The translations under genes and the position numbers were made by a program. Source: Hyphochytrium catenoides (lineage: Eukaryota; Protista; Hyphochytriomycota). Taken from it: a stretch of DNA of 41,427 bases. The notes beneath the pieces were generated by a model. The model did no database searches and was not told the DNA's origin. It saw nothing but the letters and a program-made list of their open reading frames with translations. This document shows, one piece after another, positions 1-11,950 of the stretch. Location of the stretch: assembly GCA_900088475.1 (NCBI GenBank), contig FLMG01000614.1, positions 1-41,427 on the forward strand, in the 5' to 3' direction. Position 1 is the stretch's first letter. Every line of letters starts with the position of its first letter.

Positions 1-744
1 CTCCCTCCCCCTCTTTCTATGCCCCTGCTCTCTCTCTCCCCTTCCCCCTCGCGGCCCCTTCCTCTCCCTCCTTCTCTTCAGTCACGTCTGTCTCTCCCTC
101 CTCCGCCGGTTCAAGTCTCTCTCTCTCTCCTCCCACCTTCTCGATTCTTTTAATATTTCTCTCTCTCTTTCTGCTCTGCCCTCTCCTCTCTCCGCCTTGA
201 CCTCACTCCACCTTCATCCCTGCCTCATGCATTTCGCTTTCCCCTCTTTCTCCTCTCTTTCTCTTACTCCCTCTTTGTCTCTCTCTGTTTCCTTCTCTCT
301 CTCGCCCCCGTTCCTCGTTCTTTCTCTCCCTTCTCCCTTCCTCTCTTTCTGTCACTCTCTCCTCTCTCTCTTCTCCTCTGCTGTGCCTGTCCCAGTCTCT
401 CTCGTTCTCTCTTCTCCCTGCCGCCCTCTCTCCTCTCTCTCTCTTCCTCTTCTCCTTCTGCCCTTTTTTTCTCTCACTCACTCTTCTCTTCTCCCTCGCT
501 CTCTCCCTCTTTCTCTTGCCCCTTTCCCGCTCTTCCTCTCTTGTCCCCTTACTCTTTTCCAGTTAATTTTCTTCCTTTTTCTTCTCTCTCTCGTTTCCTC
601 TCTCTCTATGATTCTCTCTTTCCCTCTGTCTCTCCTTCTCTCTGTCTTCTCTTTGTGTTTCTTTTGCTCTCTGTCTCTCCTTCTCTCTTTTCTCTCTCTC
701 ATCTCTCCCGCCTCCTCTTTCTCTGTCTGTCCTCGCTCACTCTT

Positions 745-776
<32 letters not shown>

Positions 777-960
777 TCTCTCTGTGTCTCTCCTTCTCTC
801 TTTTCTCTGTCTCTCCCGCCTCCTTTTTCTCTCTCTCTCTCTCTCTTCCCCTCTCTCTCTTTCTCTCTCTTTCCCTCTCTCCTTCTCTCTCTCTTTTTCT
901 CTCTCTTCCTCCTTCTCTCTTTTCTCTCTCTCTCTCTCCCGCCTCCTTTTCTCTGTCTGC

Positions 961-998
<38 letters not shown>

Positions 999-1920
999 TC
1001 TCTCTCTCTCCCTTTCTCTCTCTTTTTCTCTCTCTCTGTGTGTCTGCGCGTGTGTCTCTCTCTTTTTCTCTCTCTCTTTCTCCCTTCTCCCACTTCTCTT
1101 CTCCTCTTCCTCTCTCTCTCTATTACTCTTCCTTTCTCCTCTCCCACGTCCTTTCTTCTCTGTCCGTCCTCCTCCTTCTCTCTCCTCCTCTCTCTTCTTT
1201 CTATCCTCCTCCCCTATTTCTCACTCTTTTTCTCTCTCTGTGTGTGTGTGTGTCTCACTCTCGTTCTCCCTCCTTCTCTCATCTCTCCATTCCCTTTCTT
1301 TCTCTCTCTCTCCAAATCTCCCTGTTCCTGTCATTCTCCCTCTCTCCCTCTCTCTCTCTTTTCCTCTAATTCCCACTCTCTCACTCTCACTCTCCTTGTG
1401 TGCGTGTGTCTCTCTCTCTTTCTCCCTTTTCTCTCTCTTCTCTTTTCCCCATTGCGTTTTCTCTCTCTCGTTCTCCATTGCCCTCTCCTTCTCTTTCGTT
1501 CTCTCCCTCTCAATCAATCTCCCTGTCTCCCTCTGTCTTTCTTTTCCTCTCTTAATTCCTCTCTCCCTCTCCCCCTCCTCTCACTCCCTCTTTCTCTCTT
1601 TTCCTCTCATCCTCTTCTCTTTCTCCCTCTCTCCCTCCCTCTTTCTCTCTCTCTTCCATTCCCCCCGCTTCTCTCTCTCCCTTCTCACGCCTCCCCTCCT
1701 CTCTTTGCTAGCGCTGCTCTTCACCTCGATTCCTTCTCTCTCTCTCTCTCTCTCTCTCCCCCCCTCCCTCCCAGTAGCCTCATCGGTCAGAAGTTAGCCA
1801 TATTTTTTCTTTCCTTCTTCCCTGCACATTGACGCCGATTTCTCTCTTCTCTCCTCTCCTCTTCTCTCCTCTCCTCTCCTCTTCTCTTCTCTTCTCTTCT
1901 CTTCTCTTTCCTTTCCTTCC
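1..1920. repeat. Degenerate (CT)n polypyrimidine tract
   Basis: Almost pure C/T on the + strand with many (CT)n runs. The long S/L-rich and E/R-rich ORFs here are translations of the repeat. Confidence 0.95.
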
Positions 1921-3483
1921 CGCTAGAGCCAGCAGCAGGGTCCAACCACACCCCCGGTTAGGAGAGAGTTTGACACCGCGGATGGCCCCAGAAAGTCCTC
2001 GTTCTAGGTGTAAGAACTGTCCTGAAGGGAGAGGAAATGTGGTCCTGCTGCCCTCCTATGATCCAGCAGCTCTCTCTAACTCCTCTGACCGTAAGGCCAA
2101 GGACTGACCACTGCAGATGAAGCTCCTCCTAACAGCGATGCCAGTCTTAGTACTAACCGTTGCCAAGTGCAGGCGAGGCCGTGGTAGGTGTAGGGGCCAG
2201 CCTAGCAGTACGGCCACTTGCCGCAGCAGCAGGAGGAGGGACAAAGGAAGAGTAATAGTCAGCAGATGACAGGAGTATCTTCCCACCGTTCTTTAGGAGA
2301 TCAGGGCCATGCTTTGTCTCTGGATTGCAATGAGCTAACATAAGAAAATATTGCATTACAGAGATCATTGGATTTCTCTTGAGCTCTAGAGATGCTAGAC
2401 CTACCAGTAGGTCTAAGAACGGACACTGGGGACTAATCGCCCAAAGGCTGCGCTGAGCGAAAGGGCTAACTCCAGGGAAGTTAAGCCGCAATTTGAAGCT
2501 GTGCTCAATGTGTGCCGACCGTTGGTTAGCCGATTTGTGGAGGTAAAGTAAGAGAGAGAGAAAGAAGGAAAGAGGGTTAAAGAGAAGGAAAGACATAGCG
2601 GGAGAGACAGAGGAAAGAGCCTAAAGAGAAGGAAAGAGAGACGAAAAGAGAGAAAGTACGAAGGAAGGATAAAATAAAAGGGAGAGGGAGAGTACGAAGG
2701 CTCATTGGGTCTCGCTCTGTCGTTCAGACAAAGCACGGAGAGTGGCGAAACACAAGGCAAAATATCTGTGTAAAATTGGATCCTCCGGGCGTGGTTGGAG
2801 GATGATGGGAATAACCTCGCTCGCTCTCCAAGCTAACTTCTTGCTCGGTCAGCCTCAGCCCACATACCGCCTGCCCAGAAGCCCGGCAGGGACAGCGTCC
2901 GGCACCAAGGGAAAGAGGGGCACACACCTAGCGAATTAGACCTGTGCTGAAGTGCTCCCAGAACAGTCAACCGCCCGCCCGCCGCCCATCGCTGCCGCTT
3001 GATCCATGTCAGAGGTAGAGAGTACGTACTATGTCTTTAGTTTAGGTAGAAAAGTGATAGCGCCTGCAGTTGGGGTGTGGGAAGGAGTATGTACTGCTCT
3101 TCTATCGGTTAGTTCTATGATGAGCTAGTGAGGTAGGACACGGCTAGTGCTTATGGCCGCCTGGGCCAAGAGTCTCCTTGCGCTTGATATAACCAGCAGG
3201 CCGCAAGCAAAGCCTTTCGGCCAGTAATAATGTCAAGCGCCATTGTGAACCTCCAGTCAGAGGCTCATACAATCCTCGTGCTCTTGTCTCGACATCCTCC
3301 GGATGAGCAGGAGGAAAGAAGAAGGAGAAGAGACAGTGGTGTGCAGTCATAACTTAATTCATTATTCCTTAACTTCTTTCCATTCCTAGTCCTACATAGT
3401 CTTTGTATATTATTATCCTATAAATAGTATTCATTTTTCCTTTTCATAAGGCAGAGCTCGACGGGAGAAGGAGAGAAACAGGC

Positions 3484-3939
3484 TTAGAAACCATAAAGTC
3501 CCAGACGAGGACGGTTGTACCGTGGGAAGCCAAAGCTGTTACTGTTGGCTTGCGCATATGCGCTGGCAGATGAATGTCCGTTGTTATACCAAGGGAACCC
3601 ATAGGAATTGCTGCTAGCGGAAGCATGTGCGGAGGCGCTAGCACTTCCTCCGTTTCCAGAGGCAGAGGCATAGCTCGATGCATGGGCACTACCTCCGCTA
3701 GAATACGCTTGGGCGCCAGCACTGGCGCTTGCAGAGTTGTAGCTGGGCCAGTACTGCAGAGAGCGTTTGTCCTCTCCTTCGGTGGCCTCTGGGATGGCTG
3801 CTACCTGCTCCTCGGTGGAAAGGGAAGCAGAGAGCCCGCGAAGGTTGGAGGTTGGCTGCTGGGCCTGGAGGTCTTCAGCGGAGACTCCAGCGCACGCGGC
3901 GACCAGGATAGCGAGTGAAGCTGCGGAGATGATCTTCAT
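3484..3939 (-). CDS. Small secreted Ser/Ala/Gly/Tyr-rich protein (151 aa), possibly structural, wall or adhesive
   Basis: Taken from the ATG at 3939 (MKIISAASLAILVAACAGVSA, a signal peptide). It continues with SNLRG, an acidic spacer ending EGEDKRSLQ, and a mature part of SASASA/YGFP-type repeats, ending at TAA. An INR+FPR-like box lies upstream. Confidence 0.85.
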   Translation of the reverse strand: MKIISAASLAILVAACAGVSAEDLQAQQPTSNLRGLSASLSTEEQVAAIPEATEGEDKRSLQYWPSYNSASASAGAQAYSSGGSAHASSYASASGNGGSASASAHASASSNSYGFPWYNNGHSSASAYAQANSNSFGFPRYNRPRLGLYGF

Positions 3940-4050
3940 GTTTCTTGTTGGATTTGGTTTGTAGTGTCTCTTGAGAGAAGTTAGGACGAGGCCTGGTCGC
4001 CGGTTGCCTTGACTGATGCCGTTTGCTGGAGATGGTGAGGTGCCGGTGGG

Positions 4051-4066
4051 AAGTTTGGAAGTGAGC
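4051..4066 (-). promoter_or_regulatory. Oomycete-type INR+FPR core promoter
   Basis: The minus strand reads GCTCACTTCCAAACTT, a 13/16 match to the oomycete consensus GCTCATTYYNCAWTTT, 112 nt upstream of the ATG at 3939. Confidence 0.65.
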
Positions 4067-7000
4067 AAGAGGATTGTCCACGCGGATCGGCTGGACCTAG
4101 GTTGCGTCAAGTTCTACTATTTCCTATAAACGGCATCAACACTGTCTACTACCTGCAACCAGCAGTCTGTGGCGAAGGTGCAGACGAGGCTGCTTTATTA
4201 AGTCACTGTCCAGAGATCGGAGAGCACAAGTAGACGAGGGCCTATCCAGTACTGAAAGTTCTGAAGAGAAGAGGGAGATACGAAGAGGGAGAGAGGGATA
4301 TCAAAGAAAGAGATAGATAGAGGAGAGAGCAGAGAGAGAGCAGAGAGAGAGGAGAGAAAGAGAGAGAGAAAGATCTCGAGGGGTGAGAGTGAGAGTGAGT
4401 CAAGTCAGATCGGCGAAGCGCTTCCTCTCATTAGAACTTGGTTCCTCTTCTTCTTCTATATGACGACATGGTGATGCACATTACGGCAAGAAGGCAGGAC
4501 CAGAAGAGAGCAGCAGGAAAGAGCCCGCTTGGTCCGTTGCCTCATCACTAATAACCTTAGAAAAGGCTGGGTGCATGAGAGAAGAGTGTGCAGATGATGC
4601 ATCACATGACCTTCCGCTTTCTTCGCCGTCAGAACCTCGACGGAACCGGAGGGGAAGAAGAAAGAGTTCAACTCATACTAAAAGATACGATCTTTGACAA
4701 GTAAGAATCGCAGTGGAGATCCGCAGCGACTCTGGCCAAGAAATTCCTGACAGGAGGAGACAGAAGACCCCACCAACGGCTGCCGCAGCAAAGAGCCTTC
4801 TTGATCAGTGCTACTGGCTGCTCTGTACCCGCCAGCGAGAGTGATGTTGGAGAGACAAACGCAAGAGAGTGATAGTGCAATAAGAGAGAAGTAGCTTGAT
4901 AAACAGGAACGAGGAGTGCACTTTTCCTTCCTTGAAGGCCGAGATAGATAGGTGCCATGCCCATGGTGTTGATGAACAGGACAGAGAGGGAGAGAATACT
5001 TTGGAAGGGAAGAAAGGAAGTAAGAAAGAAAGAAAGAAAGAGAGAAAGAAGAAAAGAAACCTGCTAGAAGCACGAGAGAGGAATCTTCGTATTCAACGGA
5101 ACCAGGTTCTTGATAATTGTACAGGTATAAGTATGGGCAACGATGGGGCGATGGCAAGTCTGACTCTACCAAGTGACATACTTGTCTAACAATACCTAGA
5201 TCGACAGGTCCCAATAATAATAATAACAGCAGAACTAGCTGTAGAAAGTACAAAGAGACTTGTAGTAGACTACTGGTGTGAGTAGTATCTACTTACGATG
5301 AGGCGGTAAAAGTAACAGATACTTGGTAAATAGAGTTGCAAGTACAAGTACCCCTGAGCACACTTACTTTTAGATCAACGACCAAGAAAGATAGGAAGAC
5401 AAGCTGGAAGAATTAGAACTAGAGGTAGCAAGTAGAACTAGTGGACTTGGACTTGCTCTGATACTCTTGCTTGGTGACGACATAAAGGTTCTAATGTTCT
5501 AATAATGGTAGTAAAAACAGATGTTGTACAGTAGCCTTTCTTAGCAGTCCTCGACAGATGTGCAGGAGGGGGTATGTCTTCATCCTCTCTCTTCAGTACC
5601 ATCTACGAGAGGATATCTACCCATATCCAGCGATGCAACGCCCAGATGGTACGCAGTCGCATTCCCTTGCCACGGGCAATCCGTGAGGATCATCTACAGC
5701 AGCACCAATAGCAGCAGCAGAGGGTGCGGCGAAGAAGGAGAGGAGGAGGAGCAGCAGACGGAGGAGACTTAGTATAGTAGTAATCGGCCTCAAGAAAGCG
5801 TAAGAACTAGTGGTAGGTTTATTCCTAGGATGGTAGTGTAGAGATTTGTAGTACTTCTTTAATTCTTTATAAAACTGGATAATAAAAGTAGCCTTTCTTT
5901 GTTATTAGATCTGATATACTTTGTCATTATCATTACAGTAGTGGAGGGTGGGTAGGCTGGGTTGGGATGGCGCGGATGGGAACAAGGAGCCTTCAGGGCT
6001 AACGGACATTGGCGATGGAGGAGGCGCTCGAGGTCTCTAACTCCTAACATTTAACAGGATCTTCCACGATTCTTCCGAAGCTGAGAGAGACAAACAGAAT
6101 AGCTCATCTTCTGTTCTTCTTCTTCTGGCGCTCGCGCGCCGGAAAGGGGGAAACAGAAGAAGAAGAAGAAGCTCCTCAAGATCATGGACACGGGGCCGGC
6201 CCATCGGGTTCTAAGATATAAAGACGTTGAGGGTTCTGCCGAACGATCGTAAAGGATACGCAGAAGGGAACAACTCCTTCTTATTTATATGCTCTTGCGA
6301 TAGCGTCACACCTTGGGATAGAACTACTCTTCGTTGTGACTCATCGATAGTCAACTAACAAGACAGAGGTCAACTGACCCTGACGGCCAGACAGCACTTG
6401 AAGTCCTGGAGCAGAGATGGATGCAGAACGTTTGGGTTTATTCTTATTGTGAGAGCGTACAACGAGGAGAGGAGAGAGGAGTAGTTGTATGTATCCATCT
6501 CAACCACATTGAATTTATGCGAGGAAACCCTCCTGCTCCCAACTCCTCTGCATCCTTTTTCAAAAAGGCAAGCGTCAAACCTTGAAAGGATGCAGTCATC
6601 ACCGTAAGCGGTTTCCTTGGCTCGATATCGACAAGGACCAAAGTCAGTTCATCCATAGAAGAGGTTTCGTGATAAGCTCATGCTTGTTACAATGGTCCTA
6701 CTACTGCCTCGGCCGACGGCACGGGAAGGTTGAAAGGTCAGCTGCCTCGGAAAGAAAGAAGATGTGCAGCTTTCATGGTTCTTTCGCTAATTTCACCATT
6801 TTTATAACAACATCAGAACCGAGAAAGAAGGTCTTTCGCTCTTTGAGGAAAAGCTGGCTATAGTCCTAACAATTCACTCTTATCGATGTTCTGGCAGTGC
6901 GTCTTACGGAGGAAAGTCCTAGTGATGGGGACGGATAAGGTGTAGACTCTAGAAATTTCTTTCTCCTTTTTCGCTCTCTCTCCGTCCTCTTCTTTCTTCT

Positions 7001-8629
7001 TTCTTCATTCTCACGCTGAGCAGGCCTACTCTTGCCTGATACTAGTACTAATAGAACCTACCACCATGCTACTTGCGCTTGATTATTAGTTTGAGCTCCA
7101 GTCATTCGCGGCTTTAACGAGCAGAATTGGTTGGGGAAAGGCTATCGTCTCAACGTCTAGTTCCCTATACATAAATTACCTCTTCTGAGGCCGGCTCCTT
7201 TTCTCTCTCTCTTCTTCAAGATACCCGGCAGGCATCTGACGTCAGATGAGCGACAGTGCAGAGATTGGCCCGCGGCAAAAGGGTTCAGTCATAAAGAAAG
7301 GCTGCGAAGGTTGAGGCCGCGTACCTCCTCTCACAGTCTTTCTAGAGGGAAGACGTGTAGCCTTAGCTCCTTCCACACAGTTCAGCATCCGCTCTATTGA
7401 GCTACATAGTTTATTCCCTATAAGAGCACAAGTCGTAGGTCTTGCTCCTTCTCTCGTCCAGGAGAGATATGGCTCGAAAGAGAGACCAGGCTTGGGATGG
7501 TCGACGCCTCTCTTCCTGTCCCTTTTTCTCTCCTGTGCCTTTCCCACCAGGAATCCTTCCTTGTCCTCCTTGCCTTAAAATGCTTCTCCCCTGACTTCTC
7601 TCCCTAGTTGGACCACATTCGCGGCTTCCTCTCCTCTGAGTGGCCGAGCAGCGAAAGAGAGACTGTTTTCTTTCTCTGCTTCGCTATAGAGTTCCTAACT
7701 ATATCTATATCTATACGTAGAGAGAGAGAGAAGAGAGACAAGGCTCGTGATATAAGGAAGGCCTAGCTCTTCAACATAATGTCACCACGGAAGAAGATAT
7801 CTCATCGAGCCTGCTATCGTGCTGCCTACTGCTTTAGAAGAAGAGAAAAGACAAGAGACAGAGAGAGAAACAGACATACAGTGAGAATGAGCAACCGAGC
7901 GAGAGACAGAGCGAGTGAGAGAGGAAAGGTCTTCGCTTCGGTCCCTCTATTATGGAGCAGATAGAACTCTTCACTTTGCGCTACATATGATCGGACTTGG
8001 AACCCATAGAATCAGGAACAGGAAAGCTGCATACGGAACGCCATAGGGGAAAGGGAAGGACCTCCTCCTTGCGCTGGCTGGTCGCCCTTGTGCAGTTCAC
8101 AAGGACAAAAAAACTCTTCGTCACTTAGCCTTATGTGTGTTGTCCGCTCTCTCTCTCTCTATAAGTCAAGAAGAAGCAGAAGGCAGAAGAGCGCCTGACG
8201 AGCTGCCGCCTAACACGCTGTCAGAGCCTCTTCTCCTTTCATTCCCTGGCTCGCGATCTGTCTCTTGTTCTCCTCTCTTCTTCGTTTTCACGTTTTTTTT
8301 GGAAGACTGGACGATTAGCAGATGTTCACGACTCTCTTTTGACAGGCACAAAGGCCAACAATGAGAAAGACTAAGGTTATAAAAACCGAAAGAGTCGCAG
8401 GAAGAATAACTCATCGCCTGTCCAGTCACCACTGCCTCCTACCTCTGAAAGCTGAGAGTAGAGCCAGAGGCCCCGAGGACGGCAGGATAGCCTCTCAGAA
8501 AGGAGAGAGAAGACTCTCCCTCCACTTCTCTAAGCTTTTCGCGCATCCAATAAGCTCTGAACTGGCGTGGCCACCAGGCTGACGAGGAGCAAACGCGTAG
8601 ACGGATTACTTTCCATGAGCTGTCACTCC

Positions 8630-8723
8630 TCTTCTTGTCGCTCTCTCTCTCTCCTTTCTGTCTCTCTGTCTCTTTGTCTGTCTGTCTGTCTGTCTCTCTC
8701 TCTGTTCTCTGATTCTCTCTCTC

Positions 8724-8775
<52 letters not shown>

Positions 8776-8780
8776 CCCCT
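8630..8780. repeat. (CT)n/(CTGT)n compound microsatellite
   Basis: Visible runs of ctct and ctgtctgt. Confidence 0.9.
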
Positions 8781-9069
8781 CTGTTGATTCGGTAGTTCTA
8801 TTTTCACTCCCGGATCTGTAAACGATGAGTGTAAGCGATTGACCTAGGTCCCGGCAGTAGCTGCTCAATGTCCCTCTTCTGCCCATAGTTCTCTCTCCGT
8901 CAGCAACAGCAGGGTCTCGCATCTTTATATGGATATTATCTGGCTCTTTACTGAATATCTAAGGGAGCGAGCCGCTGCTGCTGCTGCTGCCCATAACGAC
9001 GTAGAATTAGAGCATTGAGATATGAAGATAATCCCTTTGCAAGCTGTAGCGACTCCGGGTGGACCGGAG

Positions 9070-9365
9070 AGCGCGAGGAAGGGAGAGACAGAGAGAGAAG
9101 AGAGAGAGAGAGGAGAGAGAAAAAGAAAGAGGTTGGGAGAGGGCGGTAGAGACGCAATGAGAGAGAAGTGAGAGAGAAGGAGAGAGGAGAGAAAGAGGAG
9201 AGAGAAGGAGAGAGAGGAGAAGTGAGCGAGGAGAGAGAAGGAGAGAGGAGAGAGAGGAGGGAAAGAGAGAAGAGAAGGAGAGAGAGGAGAGGGAGAGAAG
9301 GAGAGAGTGGTAGGGAGAGGGAAGTAGAGACGCAATGAGAGAGAAGTGAGAGAAAAGCAAGAGTG
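9070..9365. repeat. Degenerate (GA)n tract with an internal 30-bp duplication
   Basis: GA-rich tract in which gtagagacgcaatgagagagaagtgagaga occurs at 9146 and at 9324. Confidence 0.85.
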
Positions 9366-9776
9366 AAGCACAGCGTGAGGTACGCGAGACAGAGAGGAGG
9401 ACAAAGAAAGACAGCAGCGGCACAGACCAAGAAGAAGAAAGAAGGCGCAATATCGACAGCTGGGATATTTTAGCAAAGTGCTACAGCTTCTTTAGCTCTT
9501 AGGCTTTCTAGCTGGGATCGGCCGTACATTGCCGATGACTATGAAACTGTTTATCAGAAAAAAGAGGACAAGGCAAGCGACAGAAAGGGAAAACAAAGCG
9601 CAGAAAGGCGGTAAGCTTCTTATAAAGGACCGGGAAAGGTGGAGAGAAGAGAGGGAGAGTGGAAGACATCGCGAGACGGTGGAGAGCGCGAGGGGAGAGA
9701 GAAGGGAGAATTGGAAACGATGATGAGAGCAAAAGAAGCTATTAACGGCGCCGCCATGCTTGGCCCGTTCAGGGGC

Positions 9777-11822
9777 TTAGTAGGCCAGCGTGCAGCCCAT
9801 CCCCGTGAAGCCAGAGTCACACTTGCATCCAGAAGGCACGCAGGAGCCTCTGCCGCTGCAGTTATTCGGGCAGCTCAAAGTTCCAAGCATGAGCTGCGCT
9901 CTGTCTCTCTCCACCTCTGCCAACACCGAAGAATCTTCTACTTTTGCCCCTAGCCTGGCGTCAATCTCTCGGCGGCAGTCTCTTAGGAACGCAAGCTTGG
10001 CGTTGTCCACAACGGAGAGATCTTGGAGCAGCAGCGCATCGGCAGCGCAGACCGTCTGCGCATAGAAATCCACGTCTGGGATGTATTTGCCACAGAGAGA
10101 GTACTCGTCTACGACCTGTCGGCAGAGAGCCGTCACCTCTGCTTCCTCAATAAGCTTCCTGCCTCTGGTCTGCTCCTGGCGGAGCGTCCTCTTTTTAGAA
10201 GCAGGAGAGGGAATCAGAGCCTTCAGGGCGATGATGGAGTCCGAGATCGGCGTGTATCCTTGGTGAGCAGCAGCAAAGGCCACGGCCGCGGTATAGTCCC
10301 CGCCATCCAGCTTGTCTGCCTCCTCTAACGGCTTCACAAGGCCAGCACACCCTCCCATCATACAATCGAACAGATTATCCTTGGCAGGGACGGCATAGAG
10401 ACCTGCTAATTGCTTGGCATCCTTCACATCATCGGCCGGATTATCGTTCCAATTACCCAGAAGCCCAGAAACAGACGAATCCTTAAAGTAGGGCGACACT
10501 TCGAGGGCGACATTGAGGTAAGGATAGTTGTTGAAGGTGTCCCACAGGCCCAGGTTGACGTCCACGTACGTCCCCGGATCCGCCGTGACGAAGATGCGAT
10601 AGCCGTCAGCCTTTGGCGTGGTGATTGCCTCGACAGAAAGATGCTCGGCCGTCTCGGTGCCCTTGGCAATAGCGATCTTCTTGTCCTGGATCATCAGACG
10701 GACTACAGAGCCTGCAAACTGAACTGCCGCGCCTTGGTAGCAAGCTGGTGCCCCAGGCTGTCCTACATTGCCGCACTTCTCCTGATAAACTTGCACCGCT
10801 AGGTTCCTGGACTGGAAGAGGCGGAAGTAGCCCGCCTCGTGGAAGTCATAAGAGACACCGTCCAAGGTCTTCATATGAGGATCGCCCCAGCCGCAGCCGC
10901 GGCCGATATCTCTCAGTTTACGCTTAAGAGTGACCTTCTGATAGCACTTGGGCAGCGTAGGACAAGCCCAGTCCAGCTGCAGGCCGAGGTCCAGCAGGTC
11001 TCCGCTCTTGGTTCCCTTGGCCGAGCTAGAGGAGCCCGTCACGGACCGAATAAGGACTGTGTAAGAGGTAGGATGACCGTGGCCGTTGAAGGATAGCGTT
11101 CGAGGGCTGATGTGAAGACCCTGCACGGCCGTCGAGAGAGAGACCACGGCCTTTATATCAGTAGGAGCGTCCTTGGTGAGAGAGATGATGGCCTTGGCTA
11201 CCTTTCCATCCTCGAGGACTTGGACGCCGCCCTCAATCTGGAAAGAAATGTAAGGCGTCTGGCAAAGTTGGGGCACCTCCGGGGTAAGGATGGGCGAGTA
11301 ATGCGACGGCGCAGTGATGGGGTGACCGGGGTTATTCCCTCCCGCGGCGGGAGGATGAGAGAGAGAGGACGTGGGTGCCGCTGGTGGGGAAGTGACAGGA
11401 GCGGAGGTGGTGGTGGTAGGAGGAGGAGGAGGCGCCACGGTGGCAGGAGCTGGAACGGGATGAGATGGCGGAGACGCGGTAGGATGCGTGACCGTGGGCT
11501 GCTCAGGGGCAGCGGTGAGGTGAGGAGCCGGCGTCTGTGGGGCAGGCTCTGGGTGAGAAGCAGGCGGTTCTCCCTCTCCTGGAATGAGGTTGGCAGGAGG
11601 AGTGGGGGCGGCGCCCGTGACTGGGGCAGCAGGGGGTGGAGACGTCACCTTCTGCGCTTCTTCCTCGCTGTAGACAGGGAAGGGTTTCACGGTGGGGAGG
11701 ACGTTGTTCTCCGGGATGACGCAGGGAAGACCTCCGCCCTGTTGCAGGTGGGCGTGCAGGCTGGGGAGGAGAGAGAGAGAGAGGAGGGCCATCCTCAATA
11801 GGACAAGAGAGAGAGACGCCAT
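9777..11822 (-). CDS. Secreted Pro/Thr-rich, VWD-domain and EGF-like protein (mucin/VWDE-like), 681 aa
   Basis: Signal peptide followed by a P/T/A-rich stretch. VWD hallmarks CGWGDPHMKTLDGVSYDF and GLLGNWNDNPADD, a Cys-rich segment, and a terminal EGF motif CPNNCSGRGSC...CKCDSGFTGMGC. Uninterrupted ORF. Confidence 0.92.
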   Translation of the reverse strand: MASLSLVLLRMALLSLSLLPSLHAHLQQGGGLPCVIPENNVLPTVKPFPVYSEEEAQKVTSPPPAAPVTGAAPTPPANLIPGEGEPPASHPEPAPQTPAPHLTAAPEQPTVTHPTASPPSHPVPAPATVAPPPPPTTTTSAPVTSPPAAPTSSLSHPPAAGGNNPGHPITAPSHYSPILTPEVPQLCQTPYISFQIEGGVQVLEDGKVAKAIISLTKDAPTDIKAVVSLSTAVQGLHISPRTLSFNGHGHPTSYTVLIRSVTGSSSSAKGTKSGDLLDLGLQLDWACPTLPKCYQKVTLKRKLRDIGRGCGWGDPHMKTLDGVSYDFHEAGYFRLFQSRNLAVQVYQEKCGNVGQPGAPACYQGAAVQFAGSVVRLMIQDKKIAIAKGTETAEHLSVEAITTPKADGYRIFVTADPGTYVDVNLGLWDTFNNYPYLNVALEVSPYFKDSSVSGLLGNWNDNPADDVKDAKQLAGLYAVPAKDNLFDCMMGGCAGLVKPLEEADKLDGGDYTAAVAFAAAHQGYTPISDSIIALKALIPSPASKKRTLRQEQTRGRKLIEEAEVTALCRQVVDEYSLCGKYIPDVDFYAQTVCAADALLLQDLSVVDNAKLAFLRDCRREIDARLGAKVEDSSVLAEVERDRAQLMLGTLSCPNNCSGRGSCVPSGCKCDSGFTGMGCTLAY

Positions 11823-11934
11823 GGCTCACAGGGTGGTGTGGGGAGAGACGGCTGCACTGGTTGCGAGTGACGGGGGGAACACTCCGTTAGGGGTGGCGGG
11901 GGATGGGGGAAGGCGCTGTTGAGGCCGCGACGGG

Positions 11935-11950
11935 AAATTGAAGAATGAGG
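11935..11950 (-). promoter_or_regulatory. Oomycete-type INR+FPR core promoter
   Basis: The minus strand reads CCTCATTCTTCAATTT, a 15/16 match to GCTCATTYYNCAWTTT, 113 nt upstream of the ATG at 11822. Confidence 0.8.

Noticed and set aside
197-1832. Long ORFs of 390, 418 and 264 aa, and the many SLSL/ERER ORFs across the window
   Set aside because: They are translations of CT/GA microsatellite, which lacks stop codons, and have no protein-like content.
3940-4110. 57-codon N-terminal extension of the small secreted protein
   Set aside because: Non-ATG start that spans the INR box. The signal peptide begins at the ATG at 3939.
5200-5950. TAG/CTA-dense AT-rich stretch suggesting RIP-like or methylation-driven decay
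   Set aside because: There is no homologous copy here to polarise the mutations, so this is an impression only.
6107-6160. Long hairpin around ggcgc-tcgc-gcgcc
   Set aside because: Mostly G-U and pyrimidine/purine tract pairing, which is expected by chance in this composition.
10023-11801. Plus-strand ORFs opposite the VWD gene, and similar ones opposite the subtilase
   Set aside because: Antisense shadows of GC-rich coding sequence.
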